Part shown: piece after piece, positions 41,831 through 56,580 of the stretch
Layout: each line of letters starts with the position of its first letter
How positions within the stretch are numbered: the stretch's first letter is position 1
Translations under genes and position numbers: made by a program
The notes under the pieces: generated by a model
The model's input: the letters and a program-made list of their open reading frames with translations, nothing else
The model's database searches: none
Told to the model about the DNA's origin: nothing
NCBI GenBank assembly: GCA_964016885.1
Contig: OZ024740.1
Location: 264,244,001-264,308,000 of the forward strand
Source of the DNA: Eledone cirrhosa
Taxonomy: Eukaryota
DNA: 64,000 nt
Direction of reading: 5' to 3'

Positions 41831-42695
41831 AAGAATTAGTATATCTACCAACATATATATACAGATGTATACCTATGCTAGCAAATATATAGGTTTTGTC
41901 TTAGTAACTTTGTGGTCCAATGCAAGGGGATGCAGAACCATTATATGAAAGACGTAAAATAAGAAAATTATAAAAATTTACTTACTTACTAAAAATTCAC
42001 TCCAACCAATTAGTTTCTGAAAGGGAATAAACATGGTTTCCAAATGGAAAGTATGGAGAAGCTGTTTCGTCATCAGGAAGTCTGTTCTCAGCTAAGTTAC
42101 CAGACGATGCGTGGACACAGGGATCTTATACTAAAATAATTCAGTGGATGGAAAAAAGCAAGCGTGGTCTAAATTCCAAGACATTGAACAAATCACTGCC
42201 TACTTGGTCGGTGGCAAATTCAAAAGAATCAATCACGTGACATCGAGGTTAATCAGTGAGGAGTGGGGTGTTAAAAGGCAGTAGCCGAGCCATTACTATG
42301 AACTATAGTAGCAGTTTTGGCAAATTTTTGCTCAACAAAATAATTCGGAGATAATTATAAAGAATTAGTATATCTACCAAGATATATATACAGATGCATA
42401 CATATGCTAGCAAATATATAGGTTTTGTCTTAGTAACTTTGTGGTTCAATGCAAGGGGTTGCAGAACAATTATATGAAATACGTAAAATAAGAAAATGAT
42501 AAAAATTAGCTTACTAAAATTTCACTCCAACTAATTAGTTTCTGAAAGGGAATAAACATCATTTTCAAATGGAAAGAATGGAGAAGCCGTTTCGTCATCG
42601 GGAAGTCAGTTCTCAGCTAAGATACCAGGCGATGCGTGGACACAGGGAACTTATACAAAAATAATTCAGAGGATGGAAAAAAGCAAGCGTCGACT
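41831..42695 (-). repeat. About 1.6 tandem copies of an ORF-less unit of about 529 bp with an HHR-like core
   Basis: Unit starts at 41831 and 42360; minus CTGATGA at 42070-42076 and CCGATGA at 42595-42601. Confidence 0.85.
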
Positions 42696-42779
42696 TATAT
42701 ATATATATATTATATATATATATATTTATATATTTATATATATATATATTTATATATTTATATATTTATATATATATAT

Positions 42780-42982
42780 TTATTAAAATAACATATTAAA
42801 GTTTAAGCAAAGAATCACTGCTTCACGCTGCTTCCGAAAAGTTAAGGGTGAAAGCAGCGATTCTTTGCTTAAACTTTAATCTGTTATTTTAATAAATATT
42901 TGGTCTACGGTTCTCATATATTTGATATATATTTATCCTTATCGAGCCCTCTTTGTATTTTAGTCTTCAAATTTATTATTAT

Positions 42983-42990
<8 letters not shown>
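42780..42990. repeat. Fold-back fragment of the 9.1-kb pLTR family
   Basis: Arms AAAGTTTAAGCAAAGAATC.../...GATTCTTTGCTTAAACTTT meet at HHR helix II (about 42830-42845). Confidence 0.75.
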
Positions 42991-43065
<75 letters not shown>

Positions 43066-43540
43066 TTGTTCAACATTTTAAATTGTAGATTTTAAATAAA
43101 CACATTTGAAATATATAGATCGTCCACCATTTTAAAATGGTTCTCTCAATTAAATCGTGCGAACACGTTTTGCTTGTTTGAGAGCAGAAGAGGGTGTAGA
43201 TGTGTGTGTTAACCTTTCTTGTATATCTCCATTCGTTATTTCCTTCTTCCAGTCTCTTCTGTGCGCCAATGCACTTCTCCTTATACTCCTCTTTCAATCT
43301 TTTCTATATTTCAACTACCTGTCACCTACATTGCTGATCTTTGACCTCTGAAGCATTTTTGCCCTGCACATTTGGCTGTTTTAACGGCTGTTCTAGCGAT
43401 GAGTTTTCTTATTTTATATATACATATATATATATATAAATGTGTGTGTGTGTGCGTGCGTGTATGTGCGTGTGTGTGGGTGGGTGCGCGTGCGTGTGTA
43501 TTGTTAAGGATACAAACAGATAAATAGATAGAAATATACC

Positions 43541-43644
<104 letters not shown>

Positions 43645-44396
43645 GAGATATAAAAAATGCAGACGCGAAAATCAACCAAACAGTGAGTGTGTTCTGTTAT
43701 TATTTCTAAAAGAATAGACCAACACTGGGGGAATTAAAAGGACAAAAAAAAAAACGGTTCAGTACTATACGAACACGCCAGACAACAACGTGACGGTAAC
43801 ATGGACAACATAGAAATCAAAGTAATATCTAAACATAGAAATGACCCAGCAGGTAGGCAAATCAGAGAGGCAAGCGAAATAGAGCTTAGAAAGACAAAGT
43901 TAAACAGAAAAAACGAATGGAATAACAACAACCATACCCAAACACACAATACTGACTTAAGGGAAATATAAATATATAAATAATTGAATAAATATATACA
44001 CGTGCACAATAACAATAAACATATATAAACACACACTAATAAACTAAGATAGAATACAATAACCAAAACACAGTCGCCCAAACGCGAACACACACACCAA
44101 ACACGATACACACACGCAAACGCATGCGCAGAGAAGAAGAGAAAAATAAGTAAATAAATAAAAAGGTAAAATAAAAATGCCGTAGACATACAATACAACA
44201 GGAGGAAACATAATAGTACCATTGATGATGTTGCAGATGTGCAACGAAAGAACTTTGTTAGACTATATATATGTATTAATAACAGTATATGATAAACATT
44301 GATTGCCGAATGAATTAACTATGGAGATATAAAAGATACAGAAACGAAAAGCAACCAAACAGTGATTGTGTTCTGTTATTATTTCTGGCAATATTA
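43645..44396 (+). mobile_element. 3' fragment of Nematis-like PLE with pLTR
   Basis: SVLYEHA...IEIKVISKH...RQIREA...LNRKNEW; HHR TTGATGA-T-GTTGCA/TGCAAC-GAAA at 44222-44249; direct repeat 43643-43707/44322-44386. Confidence 0.8.
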
Positions 44397-44566
44397 GCGG
44401 TGGATTGGCAGTATCGGTAGAGGGTCGGACGGCATGCTTTGACGCATAGAGTTACCATTCTGAGTTCAAATCTCGCCGAGGTTAACTTTGCCTTTTACGG
44501 GGCCGATAAAATAAAGTACCAGTAATGCACTGGGTAATAGCTGGCCTTGTGCCTAAAGTAGAAACA
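44397..44566 (+). mobile_element. tRNA-derived SINE with 19-bp TSD
   Basis: TSD ATTATTTCTGGCAATATTA at 44378-44396 and 44567-44585. Confidence 0.92.
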
Positions 44567-44616
44567 ATTATTTCTGGCAATATTATTACAACAATATGAC
44601 CCTCCCCAAGTATAAC

Positions 44617-44687
<71 letters not shown>

Positions 44688-44689
44688 AC

Positions 44690-45045
44690 AACAGGTTCAG
44701 TGCTCAATGTGAAGAAGCAGAGGAGAGAGAGTTTGGAGGAACTGAGGAGGATGTGAGGTGGAGGTAAGGGTACTTCACCACTGCAGTTGTAGAAGCAAGT
44801 GAGGTCGTAGTGCGCTGGAGAGGGAATAAGGAACTCTCTACCACATACACTGATGCCAGAGAGGAGGTGCTGATAGAGAAGATCGGATGGGTGGAGAGAG
44901 CAGTTGTCAAGTGTAAGTGTAATGAGAAATGGACGATCATCAATGAAATGACATGGAGGAAGAGAGTGAGTTCGAATCTGATGCACATGCATGCTGTCTC
45001 CCCAGACAAGCTCACAAATATAATGTTGGGGGTATATCTCGAATA
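44690..45045 (+). pseudogene. Old LINE (RTE-like) ORF2 fragment
   Basis: EEVLIEKIGWVERA...WTIINEMTWRK resembles the APE-RT linker of RTE-like LINEs. Confidence 0.4.
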
Positions 45046-45149
45046 AATTTAATTACAATTTCTAGTATACGCTGTTTACTGCATATATTCTCTTCATAAT
45101 AATGATCTAGGTAAAATGACAGCAATTTTGTGGTGAGAGGAAAATCAAT

Positions 45150-45392
45150 TAAATCGAACTCAGTGCTTTACTGGTACTTTATTTTATCGACCTCGAAAGG
45201 ATGAAAGGCAAAGCTAACCTCGGTGGGATGTGAACACAGAACGTAAAGGGAAGTAACACTATGCTGTAAACCATAGGCCAGTAATCTGAAGGGGAGTGGA
45301 AAGTCGATTATATCGACTGCCAGTCAATCACCTTATTTTATTATTAATAATTGTTTCTACTTTTGGCACAAGGCCAGCAATTATCCCAGTGT
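45150..45392 (-). mobile_element. Degenerate SINE fragments
   Basis: Reverse core AGGATGAAAGGCAAAG and tail TTGTTTCTACTTTTGGCACAAGGCCAGC. Confidence 0.7.
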
Positions 45393-45894
45393 ATTTATTT
45401 AATTGATCTTTTCTGTCATGTGCTGTACGACTTAAATATCGTATATTTAATTCTATAATGTTATGTTTTGTTTAGGTCTTAATACGCCAAGGACAGATGT
45501 TCACTGTTTAGTCAGGAAATATGGCACCAGATGGAGCAGCAGTAACGTCGGAAGGTATCGAAATTTTAAACGTCCATTTCGATGACCGATGAGTTATTTT
45601 GTTGCGATATCTAGGCCAAAGAGAACTCGTTACTTTCAGGCATTCTCAAGAATATCCTTCACTATGTATCTGAAATATATCCGGAATAATAAATATTCCA
45701 AAAGTAACACCCAGATTAACTCTTCTCTAGTTTGTCCTTCACCTCTTTCCACTTATTTTCATCTCTACCCAGGTTCCGTATTCGGCCCTATTAACTCAAT
45801 ATTTATTGCCATACTTTTCACCTACAACTGTTTCAAGCAAGGTTGTACTACTCTCTATCTCACTCATTCTCATATATATATATATATATATATT

Positions 45895-45952
<58 letters not shown>

Positions 45953-45991
45953 TGTGTGTTTGTGTGTGTGCATGTGTGCATGTGTATGAGT

Positions 45992-46031
<40 letters not shown>

Positions 46032-46526
46032 TTGTGTGCATGTGTGAGAGTGTGTATGTGTGTGTGTGTGTGTGTGTGTTTGTGTGCATGTGTGTGAGTG
46101 TGTATGTATGTATGTGTGTGTGTGTGCGTGTGCGTGTGCATGTATGCGCCTGTGAGTTTCCATGGGTGATCCCGAATAAGACAGAATTCCAGTTCCAATT
46201 ATTCTTTTAATAGAAAACAAACACATACACAAACACACATGCATACATACAAACACACGTACACTCATACACACACACACACATACACACACACACATTT
46301 GCACGCGCATATATATATGCATAGAAAGAGAGATGGGAGATAGATTGATAGATTTATAGTTAAATATATATATAGATAGATATGACCAAAGAAATGTATG
46401 GTTCGTTGATTAGTCAATGAATACAATTTTACAATAGATTAGAAGCACTAAACAAAAAAGTTTTCCTGGAGTTTTCAATATTATTCAAAATATTAACAAA
46501 TAAAAAATATTCTCATAATCAATATA

Positions 46527-46600
46527 TATATACTTTGTTATATATATTTCAAAGGTTCTGTGTTTTTTTTTCAGTACGCCCTCATCAGACAAAATATATG
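46527..46600 (-). ncRNA. Type I HHR, family A relative, solo cassette
   Basis: ATATATTTTGT-CTGATGA...GAAA-TATAT-ATA^ACAAAGTATAT; helix I TTGT/ACAA covaries with TTAT/ATAA in sister copies. Confidence 0.8.
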
Positions 46601-47402
46601 ATTTGATATATGACATACCGCTACGGTCTTGATTATTCAATTCCAGTTAGATAGATAGATAGAGAGGAAGAGAGAGGGAGACAGAGAGAAATAGATATAT
46701 ATATAGAGAGAGAGGGGGAGAGAGTGAGAGAGAGAGAAACAGAGAGAGGAGCAAATTTTCAAACTCCTTGATTACTTAGTCAATTTGTTAGTCACCTGTT
46801 CAAACTTGTAAATATTGTCGGCAGCTAACACAGAATTAATACATTTTTCATCGGCTAAAATTTATGAAATTCAGCTTAGTTGTAAACACATTTTCCCTAT
46901 ATATTAACAATAAAATAGATAAGCTAACTTATTGTGTTCAAATCGATTTCCAATTCAACATTGGTATAGTTGTCATGGTGTTATATATTTAGCTCAATGC
47001 ATCGATCTACAAAGACTCTCTTTGTCTTTGTATTACCCCGCGCCCCACACACACTATTCGTTCTTATCTTCTCCGGAATTTCTTTTCAAAACACTCGATA
47101 TTAAATTATTCTTGATGCATATATTTTATTTATTTTATATCTCATTTTTATTGCTGCATTATTCATCTGTATTATGTTGTTAATTGGTTTCTACACATCA
47201 AACACACACACACAGATACACATATATATATTTACATATATATATATATATATATATACATATATATATGTGTGTGTATGTATGCACATATATATATATA
47301 TATATATATACATACATATATATACATATATATAAATATATATATATATACATATGTATATTTATATAAATATATAAATCTCTCTCTCTCTATATATATA
47401 TA

Positions 47403-47578
47403 TAACGAAGGAGGAGAACCAGATGGACCACAACGCACCGGAGTACTCAATATTTAGGGTAGTAGAGTGGGTAATAGTAAAATGTTTAACCCCGACGGCA
47501 CAGCTCAAGCCGTTTCGACGGGTATTTCCAGAAATAGCCGTCGAAACGGCTTGAGCTCTGCGTCGGGTTTAAATATTT
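47403..47578. repeat. Family G cassette folded back at helix II
   Basis: ...GCCGTTTCGACGGGTATTTC-CA-GAAATAGCCGTCGAAACGGC... Confidence 0.75.
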
Positions 47579-47751
47579 ACATATATATATATATATACAT
47601 TATCGGAAAAAACCTTTTAGCGATACTCCGGCCAAATCCCAACTCACTCAGCAAACATTAGGAAATAGGTGAGTATATTCCTAATTAAACGTTCGGGGTG
47701 ATAACTATTTGTATTGTGTGGAAAATTGGCTGTATTATTTCATATGAGATA

Positions 47752-47936
47752 GGATGGTGGATTGGCAGTATCAGTAGAGGGTCGGACGCCATGCTTTCCA
47801 CCATAGTTACGTCCCTTTACAATCTGAGTTCAAATCCCGCCGAGGTTGACTTTGCCTCTCATCCTTACGGGGTCGATAAAATAAAGTACCAGTAATGCAC
47901 TGGGTATTTGATGGCATTGTGCCTAAAGTAGAAACA
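47752..47936 (+). mobile_element. tRNA-derived SINE with 18-bp TSD
   Basis: TSD ATTATTTCATATGAGATA at 47734-47751 and 47937-47954. Confidence 0.92.
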
Positions 47937-48074
47937 ATTATTTCATATGAGATATATCGGATATATCCATTCCCAGACGGACGTCTCGTTTCATTATAAG
48001 ATTCCTACATTTGGGTGAAATATATATATATATATAATAAATACAATATCGGAGAAAGCTTTTTAGCGATACTC

Positions 48075-48135
<61 letters not shown>

Positions 48136-48207
48136 GATAACAGTTTAAAATTTAAGCAAGTAATCGCTGCTTTCACCCTTAACGGGACCTTCTGTAACTC
48201 GAAACTC

Positions 48208-48239
<32 letters not shown>

Positions 48240-48522
48240 TATATATATATATCATAAAACATGTCTATAGAATCACAAGATATAATATATACCATTTCCT
48301 CTACCAATTAGCATAATTAACTATATAAAAAACGAATCGACCAGGCTATAAGAATGAGGCTTCTATGAAAAAATCTCCAACAATTAACCGAAACTAGCCC
48401 ATCGCGTCGGCCGCAACAGAATATTTATCGAATATTTCGACAGCGTAATCGCCCAGATACAGTCAACTAAACAGAATTAGGTGTAAAATAAACTAGGAGA
48501 AAAGAGAATACATTTAAATATA

Positions 48523-48645
48523 TATTGGCAGTATGGGTAGAGGGTCGGACGCCATGCTTTCTAGCATAGTTACGTCCCTTTACAGTCTGAGTTCAAATCG
48601 CGCCGAGGTTAACTTTGCCTTTCATCCTTACGGGGTAGATAAAAT
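48523..48645 (+). mobile_element. SINE 5' part
   Basis: A and B boxes plus core. Confidence 0.85.
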
Positions 48646-48821
48646 ATATATATATATATACGGGGTCGATATATATATATAACCAAAGATTAATATGGTT
48701 CAGTGAATACTCAATGAATATAGTTTTACAATAGATTAAAAGCACTCTACAAGGAAGTTTTCTGGAGTCATTAATATTATTCAGAATATTAATAAATGAA
48801 GACATTCACGGAATCAAAATA

Positions 48822-48890
48822 TATGTTTTATTATATATATTTCAAAGGTACTGTGCTGTTTTTCAGTACGTCCTCGTCAGATAAAATACA
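48822..48890 (-). ncRNA. Type I HHR, family A relative
   Basis: TATTTTAT-CTGACGA(48874-48880)-GTACTG/CAGTAC-GAAA-TATAT-ATA^ATAAAA. Confidence 0.8.
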
Positions 48891-49131
48891 TGAATTGATG
48901 TATAAAATGCGCCAACGGTCTTGATGTTTCAATTCCAGTATCGACAGTCAATGTTATATTTTGTTTCGAATGTATTAAAACAGAAAACAAAAATGTCATT
49001 ATAAGTTTTAGCGGTTCTAGCATACACATGGTGCACATGTGCTTGGTTAGAAGTATTTAAATTAATAATTTCCCCCCGTATAATTGTTTGAGCCTCAAAT
49101 ATTACAAAATTCAGAGGAGAAATACAATAAT

Positions 49132-49317
49132 TGTTTCTACTTTAGGCACAAGGCCAGCAATTACCCAGTACATTACTGGTACTTTATTTTATCGTTCCCG
49201 TAAGGATGAAAGGCAAAGTTAACCTCGGCGGGATTGAACTCAGACTGTAAAGGGACGTAACTATGCTAGAAAGCATGGCGTCCGACCCTCTACCCATACT
49301 GCTAATTCACCGCCAAA
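49132..49317 (-). mobile_element. tRNA-derived SINE with 19-bp TSD
   Basis: TSD AGAGGAGAAATACAATAAT at 49113-49131 and 49318-49336. Confidence 0.92.
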
Positions 49318-49511
49318 AGAGGAGAAATACAATAATACAATTAAAAGATTAATGCTTGTCTAACACATGTCATTCCTCAATATCTCGCCCACTCTATCTT
49401 TCTCTCGCTCACCCTCACTTTCTATATATATTGATACACAGGCACGCATACGCACATACACACACACATACCCGTATATCTATCTATCTATCTATATATA
49501 TATATATGTAT

Positions 49512-49545
<34 letters not shown>

Positions 49546-49546
49546 G

Positions 49547-49596
<50 letters not shown>

Positions 49597-49618
49597 CGTA
49601 TATATATATATATATATA

Positions 49619-50523
<905 letters not shown>

Positions 50524-50619
50524 AGCAAAACGGATATTCAATTTGTTGGTAATTCAACAAAACAAATATTAATGTTTAAAACTGATTCAGAGAACTCGAC
50601 AGAGTTTCTGAAGTATAGT

Positions 50620-50762
50620 ATTCAATGATATTAAATAAATGGAAACTATGTTTATAAAACCATATTTATTCTATTATCTATATTTCAATTGTACCAAAAG
50701 TGTTGGTACCCTAGAAATATACATAATAGAATAAATATGATTTCATAAATAGAGTTTCCATT

Positions 50763-50770
<8 letters not shown>
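50620..50770. repeat. Family A fold-back centred on HHR helix II
   Basis: Arms meet at GTACC-AAAAGTGTT-GGTAC; only the GAAA half of the HHR is present. Confidence 0.8.
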
Positions 50771-50834
<64 letters not shown>

Positions 50835-50836
<2 letters not shown>

Positions 50837-51370
50837 GTATATATAGTGTATTTGCAATACACTGTATGCTTAATTAAAAGCATTTCGAAGACCTTACGCT
50901 ATTGTTTTAGAGTAGTGACAGTCTCACTTACTTTAATTCTAAGCAAACAGGGTAGATAAAGCTGACAGAGCACTATTTCGCACTTTTTGGTGCTTATCAA
51001 AGCCTAGTACTACGCCTGTTTGCTGAAAAGCATGAATGTTTGATTATTATAGAATTCTATAATAATCAGGAACTGATTATACAGAGCGGTTGCCGGTCAA
51101 GCAGAAATTGAAAATTGGAAGTGGTGCTCTGAAATACCGATATATATATGAATGTATATATAGTGTATTTTGCAATACACTGTATGCTTAATTAAAAGCA
51201 TTTCGAAGACCTTACGCTATTGTTTTAGATTAGTGACAGTCTCACTTACTTTAATTTTCAGCAAACAGGGGAGATAAAGCTGACAGAGCTCTCTTTCCCA
51301 CCTTTTGCTGCTTATCAAAGCTATATATACATGCATATATATACCGCTATTTCAGAGCCCCAATTCTAAT
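50835..51370 (-). repeat. About 1.6 tandem copies of a 318-bp ORF-less unit with a UUGAUAA-core HHR
   Basis: Cores at 50994-51000 and 51312-51318 (spacing 318); GCT-TTGATAA-GCAC/GTGC-GAAA...GTC^AGC. Confidence 0.8.
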
Positions 51371-51372
51371 AT

Positions 51373-51403
<31 letters not shown>

Positions 51404-51404
51404 T

Positions 51405-54400
51405 ATGCAAAAGTTTTATTTAAAATTGTTGGGTTACAACGAGTAAATATTTTATAACTGATATAAAGCACTCAACAAGTTTTGGAGTAGATATACGATA
51501 TTAAACAAATGGAAACTATATTTATAAAACCATATTTATTTCATTATACATATTTCAGGGATACCATATTAAAAATATGGCATGCCTTCTTCAGATAAAA
51601 TACAATATATAAGCAGTTTTATAAATAAATTTGACGTACCATAAAAATATTGATCAACTTCCATTTAAAAAAGTTGGTTTGGTAGTGAGATGTTTGTAAA
51701 TATTTACTGTTAAGCACAGTTAGAAAGAAAGACGGAGAGAAGGAATAAATGTATGTAAAGAAAAACAGAGAGATATCGGAGAGAAAAATAGTGAGGAGGT
51801 GAACAAATGAGAGGCAGTTGAGGCAACAGATGAATAATAATTCATCATACAAATTGAGAGATTTATGAGGGAAGGAGTACTGTAATTATTTATTTATTTA
51901 TTTATTTAGTTATAGTGTTAAGGAGACGGAGAAAGATAGAAAATAACTAAAGAAGAAACAGCGATACTTAGATTACATCATGTATAGAGGGAGGAGAAGG
52001 AAGCTATATCTAGAGAGAAGGATGACAGATTTACAACTTTACTTTATGTCCTATCATTTTGAATTATCAATTCATATGAATTGGGTATTATACTGTAAAT
52101 ATCAATATTCATGAATGAGACATAGATATATAATGTGTGAAAAATAATGACCATATGTTTAGTTTAAACATTCTTAGGTCGATATATCAGAACCTGAGAT
52201 AAAACCTCAAAAATACATAAGTATATATGTACTTTCCTGAAAAAGAAAGAAAGAGAAAAAGAGAAGGTCATCTCAAGTTCTAGTTGACACTATAGATATA
52301 CACGTGAACATACGTGATCAGCTCTGTAATTTCTCATTTCACATGAAAAAATTTTCCTTTGCGTTATAAAAGATTTTACTATATATATATATATATATAT
52401 ACATACATACACATAGACAAAAAATATATTAATATTAATATTCCTGCCCTCGCATACATGATTATCGTTCATGCATAGAATAGACAACAGATATCAATAT
52501 ATCAAAACGCTAAGAATACTTTCATCACTCCCTAGGGTATCAAGGGCCTTAAAAAAAAAAAAAAGTATGCCCATATCAACCACAGAAATCAACCCTTCCA
52601 GTTTATCTGACAATATATTGCCAAGTTCATTAGAAGCAATCAGAATCAAAATCAAACAAAAACCAAAATTATTCAACAAGACTTATTTAGCAGAAATCAT
52701 TTAAAAGATTTAGGAGACCCTGTTGTTCTACAGATGCTCTTATATTTAGTATAGAAGTTTATCTAGCGTAAAATTTATTCAATAGATTGGGAGTATCAAC
52801 GTTTTAGGGTAGTTTAATTACATCATTAGTATATATTTATGAAGAAGGTTTAAAAAAGAAAAAGTTGAAGGAATCGAAAGATTTATCGTCAGGTTTCATA
52901 ATTAATTAAATAAATATTTTAACTAAATATACTACATTTTAAATTTATATTTATATTTAAACGTTGAGTTCAATCTGTGTCTGCAGCAACTGAATAAATT
53001 GCTCCTTAGATTAAGGGAATTTTTAGATTTTAATATAAAGAATATCTCCTCCACGCAGAGGTCACATGACTCAGATGAGGAATTAAAAGGAATCCCTCTT
53101 GAGCCTATATTCCAAAACAACGAATAACCAACGTTATCATGTTTAAGTTGCCAGAGTAAGCCTGATAGTGAAGTTGAAGATTTTTTGCCTGGATCTGTGA
53201 AAGAATTCTTATGATTATTATAGCGAAGTTTAAATTCTGTCGAGGTGGAACCAACATAATTAAAATAATTTAAGTCAGTTTTAACATTACAATTGTATAT
53301 TATATTTTTAACTAAGCAATTGTTATTTAACGGACATTTAAATTTATTTCTACAGTTACAGTTGTTTAATTGAATATTGTTTAGGCTATTATCGGTAATT
53401 TGGCTAGGTTTTAGATTCCTATTATTTATTCTGTTAATATTTTGTGCTAAATTTTTGGTGGACGAGTAAGTTAATTTTATTGTATGTCTATTAAAAATTG
53501 AGTGATATTTATGTGTTCTAGGGAAGCGTTTGTCAAGAGCATTAAAAAATAGTTTAGCAATGTGGGTTTTAATATTTAGTGAGAAGGGGGGGGGGGGCAA
53601 ACCATATTATATTTCTAGTTCTATTTCTTTTCTGGCTTTTGGAATTATTGTAATGTTTTCTATTATAGTTGTTAAAGTTGTTACCATAATTAAAATTGCT
53701 GTTATATTGGTTAGTTTGCCTATTATTATCGATGTACATAATTTTATCACTATATCCTGCTCTAGCTAACGCTTCATTGTAATACTGCGCTTTTTCGTCG
53801 AAAATATTTTTATTAGATGAAATTCTTGAGATACGTTCTTGAACAGAGTTCACTATAGAATTTTTAACAGATCTGGGGTGATTAGAGTTAAAACTGACAT
53901 AATTCAAATTTTCATTTAGTTTGTGAAATGGATAGTGAAGACATGTGTTGAGATTTAGTGTTACATCTAGGAAATTGACTATTCTATGGCTATTCTCTAT
54001 TTCTATTTTTAGATTAAGGTAATTAAAAAATTGTATAATTTGTTTTCTTTTTCTATTTAGTTCAGAGTTATTATTTTCAATAAGTAAAAGCATGTCATCA
54101 CGATATAAATCCTCCGGTTACACAGGTATCTTTCTATGCAGCGAATTAATTATAAATAGGCCCACAAGGTCCGTTACCTGAGCTGAGTCAGATGATCCCA
54201 TAGTAATGTCGAAATTATTATCTCTATCTGCCCTAGTCCATAGTTGGTTATTAAATTCTATCAATGTTTTCCTTGCCGATAATATAATGTGCATTTCATT
54301 GCTAGTTAGGTCTGTATGTTTGAATGCGTAATTTAGTGCCTTATTTAGTAGATTAGGGGTAATAGATGAATAGTAGTTAGCAATATATAGTTGAATAACT

Positions 54401-54665
54401 TTATTATTATTGTTATATTTAATTTCTTTAAACCACTCAATAACCTCACCATTTCCCTTCCACAAGTTTAAGTTAGGTAAACCATGTAAGTTTTTAACCT
54501 GCTGTATCACCCTGTCTAGAATGTTTTTGCTAAGTTTACCCAGGTCAGATTTTGATGGTGCAATCAATGTGACTGGCAAATCATATTTTTAATATGGTAT
54601 CCCTGAAATATGTATAATGAAATAAATATGGTTTTATAAATATAATTTCCATTTGTTTAATAACG
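51405..54665 (-). mobile_element. Hydra-like PLE (RT plus GIY-YIG, frameshifted, 5'-truncated) with family A pLTR and inverted cap
   Basis: ORFs 54118-54579, 53569-54093, 52932-53600: ITMGSSDSAQVTDLVG, LYRDDM, NFLDVT, CNCRNKFKCPL, YVGST, CDLC, CCRH; 54583-54665 is an inverted copy of 51495-51580. Confidence 0.92.
51535..51608 (-). ncRNA. Type I HHR, family A, at the 3' end of the Hydra-like PLE
   Basis: ATATTGTATTTTAT-CTGAAGA(51588-51594)...GAAA-TATGT-ATA^ATGAAATAAATAT; 13-bp helix I with one bulge. Confidence 0.88.
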
Positions 54666-54756
<91 letters not shown>

Positions 54757-54761
54757 GAATG

Positions 54762-54867
<106 letters not shown>

Positions 54868-54930
54868 GCAGAAGTATAGACAATAATGTTTTTGAGAATT
54901 CAGAATACGATTACTTTCGAGCGTTATTAT

Positions 54931-55120
54931 GGTGGATTGGCAGTATCGGTAGAGGGTCGGACGCCATGCTTTGCAGCAAAGAGTTACGGCGCTTGTCATT
55001 CTGAGTTCAAATCCCGCCGAGGTTAACTCTGCCTTTCATCCACACGGGGTCGATAAAATAAAGTACCAGTAATGTACTGGATAATTGCTGGCCTTGTGCC
55101 AAAAGTAGAAACAATTATTA
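54931..55120 (+). mobile_element. tRNA-derived SINE
   Basis: Full consensus match. Confidence 0.9.
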
Positions 55121-55810
55121 ACTGGAAGCTGATAGTACAAGAAATGTTATCTCTACAATGCAATTATTTTCATCGTTCCTCTAGTTTCTGAGATCTTGAC
55201 ACACATATACACACACACACATATACGCACACGGGCACATGTATACACACAATACTGTATGTTTATTTGTGTGTGTAGAGAGAGAGGTGGGTGATAGCGA
55301 GAGTATAGAGAGAGAGATGCTTGTGTGTGTGTTTGATAGTAGACGATTATTATCATTGTTTTGGGTGTATATCATTTTGATATGTTTAACCACTCGCCAC
55401 TCTTACATGATCCATTCCACCTATATCTTGCAGCAGATTATAATTATATATAAAAAATACAAACTTTTCCCCATTTTATACTATAGGTAGAAATATTATT
55501 TATATGTATTTTTTAATGACAAAAATATTTTTAAGATAAACGAAAATAATTAACAAAAATATATTCAATTATTTCATTATTTGAATATAAAGTGCTGACG
55601 GGAACTGCGTTTTACATAATTGAATATGAAGTGACTTATTGGTTACTGGTTGAGGCAGAAATGCTAAGGGGACTTCTGAATAACAAGCAAAGCACTGTTA
55701 TTGAGGTGCATATTATTTTTACGAATTTATTCAACCGATGCTCAAGACTTCAACCGGAAGGGATCATTATTCTGTCAGGCCCGGCATAGTATTAGCTCAC
55801 ATTACCGCAG

Positions 55811-55910
<100 letters not shown>

Positions 55911-55937
55911 GCCTATGTGTATGTTTGTATGTATGTT

Positions 55938-56003
<66 letters not shown>

Positions 56004-56004
56004 A

Positions 56005-56436
56005 AGGTTAAACAAGGTTCAATGAATAAATCAAAGAATGAGTTTTACAATAGGTTGGAAGCACTCAACAGTATTTGGTTTCCCGGAGTTATTAATATTA
56101 ATTCAAAATATTAACAAAAATAGACGTTCGTGTGATCAAGTATATTTTATTATACATATTTCAGAGGTACTGAGCTATCTTCAACAGTACGTCCTCATCA
56201 GATAAAATAAGATGATGCATGACATACCCTGACTTAGTAGATGGTTAAGATTCAGTCATGGTAGCACCATGACTACCATGACTGAATCTTAACCATCTAC
56301 TAAGTAAAGGGTATGTCTTGCTTCATCTTATTTTATCTGATGAGGACATACAGTTGAAGATAGCTCAGTACCTGTGAAATATGTATACTAAAATATACTT
56401 GATCACACGAATGTCTATTTTTGTTAATATTTTTAA
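56005..56436. repeat. Fold-back cassette with two intact-core HHRs
   Basis: Arms about 56105-56263 and 56272-56434; CTGATGA at 56195-56201 (-) and 56337-56343 (+), GAAA at 56376-56379. Confidence 0.88.
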
Positions 56437-56489
<53 letters not shown>

Positions 56490-56513
56490 GCCTATATGTA
56501 TGTATGTATGTGT

Positions 56514-56580
<67 letters not shown>

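Noticed and set aside
43070-43410. Minus-strand ORF pieces (KEEYKEKCIGAQKR...)
   Set aside because: Short, interrupted by stops and with no recognisable family.
45476-45554. Possible host exon (TTTAG|GTC...GGAAG|GTATCG)
   Set aside because: Weak donor, no recognisable peptide and no partner exons.
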